From: Octopus sinensis
Lineage: Eukaryota
Assembly: GCF_006345805.1 (NCBI RefSeq)
Contig: NW_021829548.1
Span: forward strand, 1-5,954
Length of the DNA: 5,954 bases
Direction of reading: 5' to 3'
In this document: positions 1-5,954 of the stretch, one piece after another
Layout: each line of letters begins with the position of its first letter
How positions within the stretch are numbered: position 1 is the first letter of the stretch
Position numbers and translations under genes: made by a program
Notes under the pieces: generated by a model
The model's input: the letters and a program-made list of their open reading frames with translations, nothing else
The model's database searches: none
What the model was told of the DNA's origin: nothing

Positions 1-231
1 ATATGATATAATATAATATATATACATATATATATACATATATAGATAGATATAGATATATGTATATATATATATATTATATATTATAATATATATACGT
101 ATATATATATATGTATATATATATATATGGTATATTGTATATATATATATATACATATTTTATATATATATTATATAATAATATATATATATATATTGTC
201 TATATATATATATATGCACAACATATATATA
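1..231. repeat. Degenerate (TA)n microsatellite with TAGA/TACA interruptions, open at the window start
   Basis: Almost pure alternating T/A from 1 to 231, with scattered 'tagata', 'tacata' and 'tgtata' variants. Confidence 0.95.
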
Positions 232-466
232 CGAGTTTTGATCAATAAGTATCCGGACTGGTGTCAATGTAACGAAGCTAAAGCACGCCGATTAAAGCCG
301 CTAGACACAAATTGATCTTGAAATCTGCTGTCTATCCGAACTAAGTTATAGCGTTCTAGCTCACGTCCGCTGTTTACAGCAGTGCTTGGAAGGAAAGTGT
401 GTAGCGTATGATCGCCGCATTGACAATGACAGAGGAAGTTGTCATGGTGATTCCTGCTCAGAGGCC
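230..466 (+). mobile_element. Probable 5' remnant of a Tc1/mariner (mariner-like) DNA transposon: left TIR, leader and decayed transposase start
   Basis: TA at 230-231 is followed by CGAGTTTTGATCAATAAGTATCCGGACTGG (232-261), resembling the TA-CGAG...AAGT start of irritans/Hsmar2-type TIRs. ATG ACA GAG GAA GTT (426-440, MTEEV) and, in another frame, HGDSCSEA (443-466) resemble mariner transposase N-termini as I recall them (MTEKVEQRICIKFC..LGDTCSET). No right TIR in the window. Family call is from memory. Confidence 0.55.
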
Positions 467-787
467 GGAAACAAGTATAAGAAAACAAAAAGCCGTTTAA
501 GACAAACTTATGAAAGCTTTGAAAAATATCGCTACAGGATCTCTATAGAAATTAGAGCCACCACTGAAAGTTACGGCCTGTCGTATGCGAATGCGTCAAT
601 GTAAACAATGGGATCACAGGACAGGGTATTAACTTTTAAAGCTTTAATGTTCTTTTATTTGTTTAAATCATTTGACAGCGACCACGCCAGAGTACCGCCT
701 TATTCCATCGGGCTCTTCGCAGAAATGCCAAGTTACGGGGTTTGTAAAAATACCAACATTACACTGTTAAGCCATGGTGGGCGGGGA

Positions 788-831
788 ACAAACCACAGAT
801 ACAAACACCCCACACAACACACACACACACA

Positions 832-873
<42 letters not shown>

Positions 874-922
874 CACCACATATATATATATATAATATAT
901 ATTTATATATACATACATGTAT
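788..922. repeat. Compound (CA)n-(TA)n microsatellite inside the SINE
   Basis: CA run at about 810-870 and TA run at about 880-920, lying between the SINE central block and tail. Confidence 0.92.
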
Positions 923-1022
923 TCGGCGAGGTTCATTCAGTTTCCATCTAACAAATCCACTCGCAAGTGTTTGGTCGGCGCGAAGCCATAGTAGAAGACA
1001 CTTGCGCAAGGTGCCACGCAGT

Positions 1023-1076
1023 GGGACTGAACCAGGAACCATGCGATTAGAAAGCTAACTTCTTACCACACAGTCA
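1023..1076 (-). promoter_or_regulatory. Internal RNA Pol III type-2 promoter (A and B boxes) of SINE copy 650-1089
   Basis: A-box-like TGACTGTGTGGT (1076 to 1065) and B-box-like GGTTCAGTCCC (1033 to 1023) with tRNA-like spacing. Activity is unknown. Confidence 0.65.
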
Positions 1077-1701
1077 CGCCTGTGCCTATGTCCATGATCC
1101 ACTTGATAGTATATTATAATTACATAAAGAAATATGGCTTCCCTACAATCTTATGAAAATGTTTTAGTTCGGCAACTGGTTAATACGAATGATTCGTTAT
1201 TTGTTTTTAATAAGTTAATATTTGCCATCTTCTTCTTCACCACAATATGCAAATACACACAAATCTCTTATCACTGCATTGTTTTCTAAAGTAATATCTA
1301 TTCGTCAATGAAGAGGTATAATAACTGCGAAACGAATTCCGAGTTGTCTCCCGTGGGAATAAAACAGATTTTAAAAAGTATTAATATCACTGTATGAAGT
1401 AATCTCATCTCTTCCTTCTTAAATGAATGTTCTATTAGATTTTTTTTTGTAAGTAACACGTGAAATATGTTAATACTAGTCTGTTTTCCCCCATCGGCTT
1501 ATCTAGCTAGGGTTTACAGTTAGACCTCGCTAAGCTTTATGAATTAAATTTTGAAAAATTTATTGTTTTCGAAAGAATAAACGCGTGAGAGATTTCACAA
1601 CAAAGGCAGCTGTAGATTCTCATAAACTATTTATATAAGCCTTTTAGCAATATACATGAAATTGATTCTTTATCACCTAGTAACAACTTAGTAACTCGCA
1701 C

Positions 1702-1855
1702 TATTATTATTATTATTATCATCACTATCATCATCCTCATCATCAATATTTGTATTATTATTATTATTATTATTATCATCATCATCATTACTATCATCAT
1801 CATCAATATTATTATTATCATTATTATTGTTGCTGTTGTTGTTATTATTATTATG

Positions 1856-1890
<35 letters not shown>

Positions 1891-2018
1891 CCTCAACAAT
1901 ATCAATATCATCATCAATATCATTATGAATAACAAAGATAGCTTAAAAAATAGCAATAATAATAATAATAATGATGATGATGATAATAATAATAACAATA
2001 ATAATAATAATAATAATA

Positions 2019-2061
<43 letters not shown>
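1702..2061. repeat. Compound trinucleotide array: (TAT/CAT/TGT)n left arm and (AAT/GAT)n right arm
   Basis: Left arm 1702-1925, spacer 'gaataacaaagatagcttaaaaaatagc' at about 1927-1954, right arm 1955-2061. Confidence 0.95.
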
Positions 2062-2062
<1 letters not shown>

Positions 2063-2143
2063 TGCGGAGAATAATGAACAATATATTTATTAGATTGATT
2101 TTTTTTCAATATAATGTCAGCGCATATACATATAAGTGTGCGA

Positions 2144-2251
2144 ATATATACATATATATATATATATTTATATATATATATAATGTGTGTGTGTGTTTTT
2201 GCTTATGTGTTTGTGTGTGTGTGTGAATGTGTGTGTGCCTGTGTGTGTGTG
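2144..2251. repeat. Compound (TA)n-(TG)n microsatellite
   Basis: TA run at about 2144-2182 followed by an interrupted TG run at about 2184-2251. Confidence 0.9.
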
Positions 2252-2378
2252 TAAATATATCTCTACATTTAAACACAAGCACAAACTACATTCACTTATA
2301 TATATCACATATCCATAAATTCATATTGACATGTATACATAACCACAAAGATTATATTTATGTGCATATGGGTGTGCC

Positions 2379-2388
2379 ATATATATAC

Positions 2389-2430
<42 letters not shown>

Positions 2431-2500
2431 TATATATGTATATATAGATACACATATATATATGATGTGTGTCTATATATATATATATATATATGATATT
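2379..2500. repeat. (TA)n microsatellite, degenerate at the edges
   Basis: Nearly pure TA at 2393-2445 and a second TA run at 2475-2493. Confidence 0.9.
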
Positions 2501-2677
2501 TATACATACATACCTATCTATGTATCTTTTTCATCTTGTCTATGGACGTGAAGACTGATCTTAATGTAATGTAATATTACACAATCAATTATATAGATGC
2601 AGAATCGGAACTATGTATTGTTGAAACGATCGTAATGAAAGAATACATATAATGCTATCACTTCTAATATATGTATT

Positions 2678-2747
2678 TTGTGTGCGTGTGTATACTTTCC
2701 CACGTGTGTGTGCGTGCGTGCGTTCGTGTGAGCGTGTGTTTGTGTGT

Positions 2748-2793
<46 letters not shown>

Positions 2794-2800
2794 GCGTGCA
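2678..2800. repeat. (TG)n microsatellite with TGCG variants
   Basis: 'gtgtgtgtgcgtgcgtgcg...gtgtgtgtgtgcgtgtgcgtgc'; pure TG at about 2758-2788. Confidence 0.92.
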
Positions 2801-3617
2801 TACGAAAATGTGTGAAAATCATTTTAATTGCAAAACAATACTGCTTATAGAGGGACACACAGATAAAAAAAATAATAATTTAGAGCAATTAGAATACTGG
2901 GAAACAGTTCAACAATTAATTAACAGAAAATATAATTGTTACTCCCCGTAATTCGTATAAAATATCAGCATTATGTTATTAAGCTGCCGAGATTGAGAGA
3001 TACGATGTAAGAACGTGATATGTAAGAAATTCGCATAAATGCATAAATATGTAATAAAAACTATTACATGTGAGAGGATTTATAAGGCGAGAGAAAAAAT
3101 ATTATTGCAAATATAATTACGGATGAAAGAGTAAGAATGTGATTATGGATGTAATAATATGGAACGTTCTTGTTATTAGCCGATGCTCAAGTTGTGTTGA
3201 AGCAAGCACAGCGGCTGAATTGATGGTAAGTCGATAAGCGTATTTCTATAATGAGCGTTAAATACTTTCAGATAACAAAGGATTAAATTTTCCGTAAAGT
3301 GTCTAATTAAACAAACAACAATTATGACAACCACAGAACTCAACGTGATGCACCTAAATATATGGATTTGATTTCATATCTCCTGGTCAACTATGACTCT
3401 CTCCCCTAAAGAGCAAGAAAAAAACTGAAGTAGGCGCACTTATATAGGCAAACTTGATTTATATGATTCTACATGAATGACAGAATTCTAAAAAATAAAA
3501 GAACTCCAAATATAACAGATAAAAATCTTCCATTACAACATACCCTACCATATCATTCAACAGGACCCCATCTACTCGAGAAAGCTTTGACTTAAAGGAG
3601 ATTATATAAAGCAAAAA

Positions 3618-3966
3618 TCGAACAAATCGACCCCAGGACTTATTCTTTGGAAGCCTAGTACTTATTCTATCGATCTCTTTTGCCGAACCGCTAAGTGACG
3701 GGCACGTAAACACACCACTATCGGTTGTTAAGTGATGCTGGGGTGACAAACACAGACACACAAACATATACTCACACGTTCATATATATACACATATATA
3801 CGACGGGCTTATTTCAGTTTACGTCTACCAAATCCACTCACAAGGCTTTGGTCGGCCCGGGGCTATAGTAGAAGACTCTTGCCCAAGGTGCCACGCAGTG
3901 GGAATGAACCCGGAACCATGTGATTGGTAAGCAAGCTACTTCCCACACAGCCACTCCTGCGCCTAT
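3618..3966 (-). mobile_element. tRNA-derived SINE (same family), intact head and central block, lacking about the last 60 bp of tail
   Basis: Minus strand reads ATAGGCGCAGGAGTGGCTGTGTGGGAAGTAGCTTGCTTACCAATCACATGGTTCCGGGTTCATTCCCACTGCGTGGCACCTTGGGCAAG. Collinear with 925-1089. Positions 3618-3680 match 5479-5540, and homology to the tail stops at 3618. Confidence 0.92.
3900..3953 (-). promoter_or_regulatory. Internal RNA Pol III type-2 promoter (A and B boxes) of SINE copy 3618-3966
   Basis: A-box-like TGGCTGTGTGGG (3953 to 3942) and B-box-like GGTTCATTCCC (3910 to 3900). Confidence 0.65.
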
Positions 3967-4048
3967 ATATATACATATAAATATATATATACACATATGT
4001 GTATATATATATAACACATACACACACACACCCACACACACACACACG

Positions 4049-4100
<52 letters not shown>

Positions 4101-4111
4101 ATATATATATA
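3964..4111. repeat. Compound (TA)n-(CA)n-(TA)n microsatellite abutting the SINE head
   Basis: TA at 3964-4011, CA at about 4013-4066, TA at 4067-4111. Confidence 0.93.
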
Positions 4112-4151
4112 ATACTAGAACAAGTAGAAAGATAGATTTTATTCAACGCGT

Positions 4152-4262
4152 AATATATATATATATATATATCTGTATAAAATCCATACATATATGTATA
4201 TTTGTGGTGCGTGTATCTGTGTATATGTGTGTGTATGTGTGTGCGTTCGGACGTGCGTATGT
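4152..4262. repeat. (TA)n followed by degenerate TG/TA microsatellite
   Basis: Pure TA at about 4154-4172, then 'gtgtatatgtgtgtgtatgtgtgtgcg' to about 4262. Confidence 0.8.
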
Positions 4263-4383
4263 ACGTATCATTGTTTCATTTGTTGTGATACTCCATTTTT
4301 ATATATTTTAAGTTTCCTCCTTGAAAACCAAGAGATTTCTTAATTGTCTTATTTTAATTCTTTTCTTTTCTTTTCTTTGGCAG

Positions 4384-4482
4384 TGTTTTCGAGACTTGGG
4401 TATTTCTCTCTTCTTCACTAAGCTGTGAAAATATCCATCTTTCTCGACACGTCGTCAATGTTGTTCTATCGACACGAACGAG
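4384..4482 (+). other. Weak candidate 99-nt spliced exon (coding status unknown)
   Basis: Strong acceptor context 'ttttaattcttttcttttcttttctttggcag' (AG at 4382-4383, no other AG after 4334). Imperfect donor AG|GTTAAG at 4483. One open frame (VFETWVFLSSSLSCENIHLSRHVVNVVLSTRT), not recognised. Confidence 0.2.
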
Positions 4483-5415
4483 GTTAAGTGACTAATCAAT
4501 ATATCAATATATCAGTATATAAATCAATCAAATAATCATTCACTCTATCGAACAATTGATTTAATACAAGTGAAATAATGCAAGTGAACGGGCAAACAAG
4601 GAAAGAAACAAACACGGCTAAGGAAGGGAAGCAAGCCAAGTCGTTTGATGGTGAAAATTGTTTTGATACAAACGAAGCAAAAAAATAAAAGAAAATGGTA
4701 ATAATAAATAAAATTAAAACATAAAATGACCGACTGATGATCAACGTTCTGAAACGCCGCCAGTTCAAATATTTGTTCCGCTGAGTTGAAGCTAAAGTGA
4801 CAAGACGATGATGAAGATTCTAAGAGGTTGCTCAATCTGCTGAAAATATCAGTTAAACCCCGTTCTAAATCCACAGCACAATCACAAAATACTGAAGTAC
4901 ACCTTAGTTAAAATTGTCTTGGATTAAATTCATTTTGCAGACGCATCTTTTATCTGTTCAGTTTCCTGTTTACCATACGTCAATTTATTCTAATATCGTC
5001 TTTCCTCAAACCGCTGCTCTCTTGAACTTACTACTATCATCTTGTTTTCCTCTGATCTATGATATTCAATCAACTAAGCTTTCTGTCAATCGACAGCTTT
5101 TGAATTTTCTAGGCCTCTTCTTTTCCTTCCTAGTACTCCATTGCGCTACATCGGGCCCCAGATCTTGTTTGGGACAAAATTGTTGAAAACCACTCTAGAT
5201 TCATCTCACAGATGCTCTGCAATACACCAGTTATACTCAACCATATTCCTCCTATGGATCCCTTTGATTACGCATTTGAAGATTAAAAACTAGTTTCAAA
5301 GATACTTGTTGCAAAATTCCTGTTTTGTCTTTCAAACCTTAACTTGTGTAGGTTGAACTTGTTAAACATTTGAGATAGAAATTTAGCTAGGTTTTTTTAT
5401 TGCAGTAGATACAAA

Positions 5416-5541
5416 CTCTTTTACTTTTTTACTTGTTTCAGTCATGTGACTGTGGCCATGCTGGAGCGCCTCCTTTAGTCGAGCAAATCGACCCTAGGAC
5501 CTATTCTTTGTAAACCTAGTACTTTCTAGCAGTCTCTTTTG
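5416..5541 (-). mobile_element. 5'-truncated tail-only copy of the same SINE
   Basis: 'ctcttttacttttttacttgtttcagtcatgtgactgtggccatgctggagcgcctcctttagtcgagcaaatcgaccctaggacctattctttgtaaacctagtact' overlaps both 650-710 and 3618-3680. On the minus strand it ends in AGTAAAA-type repeats. Confidence 0.88.
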
Positions 5542-5656
5542 GCGTACATCGACTGGTAATATGCCATACGGTTTCACCATTTTGTCCACAAATTCTGCAC
5601 TTACCACTTTCTGATGTTTTTTTTTCTATTCTGTATCTTATGTAATTGGTTCTTAC

Positions 5657-5697
5657 ATTATTATTATTGCTGCTGCTGCTCTTGTTGTTGTTGTTGT
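5657..5697. repeat. Compound trinucleotide (ATT)n-(GCT)n-(TTG)n
   Basis: 'attattattattgctgctgctgctcttgttgttgttgttgt' read directly. Confidence 0.85.
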
Positions 5698-5752
5698 AGC
5701 ATTTGTTTTACCAATTATCATTTATGGTTAGAAGAGGAAGTACCACGCCAAG

Positions 5753-5753
5753 A

Positions 5754-5784
<31 letters not shown>

Positions 5785-5839
5785 TTCTTTACTACCCACA
5801 AGGGGCTAAACACAGAGGGGAATTTACACACACACACAA

Positions 5840-5888
<49 letters not shown>
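5753..5888. repeat. (TA)n/(CA)n microsatellite cluster interrupted by a 37-bp non-simple fragment
   Basis: TA at 5753-5783, CA at about 5826-5845, TA at 5845-5888. Confidence 0.88.
5784..5820 (-). mobile_element. Probable extreme 3' tail fragment of a second octopus SINE family
   Basis: 'tttctttactacccacaaggggctaaacacagagggg' matches my recollection of the end of another abundant octopus SINE. Short, single in the window, and unverified. Confidence 0.45.
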
Positions 5889-5889
<1 letters not shown>

Positions 5890-5954
5890 GGGGAGAGTTT
5901 TACGAAAAAAATAAAAGACGAAGACAGGTGGTGTACAAAACAAACAGATGTATT
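5890..5954. mobile_element. Start of a probable interspersed repeat continuing beyond the window (possibly Penelope-like terminal sequence)
   Basis: 'ggggagagttttacgaaaaaaataaaagacgaagacaggtggtgtacaaaacaaacagatgtatt' is recalled as a frequent octopus repeat. No diagnostic motif lies inside the window. Confidence 0.35.

Larger units (their letters stand above)
650..1089 (-). mobile_element. tRNA-derived SINE (octopus OR/CORE-type), near full length, diverged, with an internal deletion of about 49 bp
   Basis: Aligns in the same order with 3618-3966 and 5416-5541. On the minus strand: A-box-like TGACTGTGTGGT (1065-1076), B-box-like GGTTCAGTCCC (1023-1033), conserved central block (about 925-1020), internal CA/TA repeat, and tail 'tcttttatttgtttaaatcatttgacagcgaccacgccagagtaccgcct' matching 5416-5474. 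Confidence 0.9.

Noticed and set aside
127-315. ORFs rich in YI, CV or HT dipeptides (127-315, 733-936, 774-1058, 2227-2424, 2652-2951, 2664-2858, 3838-4191, 3863-4063, 3920-4135)
   Set aside because: Translations of TA/TG/CA microsatellites.
545-604. Peptide IEIRATTESYGLSYANA resembling the second mariner HTH
   Set aside because: Only two or three loosely matching residues and wrong spacing from the N-terminal remnant. Insufficient without an HMM search.
767-1042. Similar peptides MVPGSVPLRGTL (767-1042) and MVPGSFPLRGTLGK (3863-4063) suggesting paralogous genes
   Set aside because: Both are read-throughs of the SINE B-box region. The similarity is at the DNA repeat level, and the same applies to ORFs 608-895 and 3459-3767.
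633-1100. Target-site duplications around the SINE copies
   Set aside because: No convincing direct repeat flanks any of the three copies.
1185-1197. Palindrome ACGAAT-G-ATTCGT
   Set aside because: Short, isolated, AT-rich and compatible with chance.
1247-1254. Octamer motif ATGCAAAT
   Set aside because: A single 8-mer is expected by chance in AT-rich DNA, and no snRNA gene or promoter context is nearby.
1627-2109. Longest ORF (160 aa, minus strand) and overlapping plus ORFs 1750-1932 and 1853-2074
   Set aside because: Poly-I/L/M/N/Y/H tracts come directly from ATT/CAT triplet repeats that lack stops in those frames. No domain and no coding context.
3900-3963. Possible bona fide tRNA gene
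   Set aside because: A/B boxes are present, but I could not fold a convincing cloverleaf, and the sequence continues into SINE body in both copies.
4914-5186. 90-aa hydrophobic plus-strand ORF as a membrane protein
   Set aside because: L/F/S richness follows from the T/C skew. It starts at TTG, with no recognisable motif or splice support.
1-5954. CRISPR array, operon or other prokaryotic system
   Set aside because: No regularly spaced repeat-spacer units and no dense coding sequence. The content is typical of animal non-coding DNA.

Overview
Eukaryotic, AT-rich, non-coding DNA; roughly a quarter is simple repeat (TA, CA/TG and ATT-type microsatellites). The interspersed repeats match, from memory, those of octopus/cephalopod genomes, so the window is probably octopus intronic or intergenic DNA (inference, no search run). 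Best-supported content is three minus-strand copies of one tRNA-derived SINE: near full length with an internal deletion (650-1089), 3'-truncated (3618-3966) and tail-only (5416-5541). Also present are a probable mariner 5' remnant (230-466), two short repeat fragments near the window end, and a structured trinucleotide array (1702-2061). No protein-coding gene is supported; most listed ORFs are read-throughs of microsatellites or SINEs, and there are only weak exon candidates at about 4350-4900. I found no convincing new biological system; the findings concern SINE architecture and repeat evolution.
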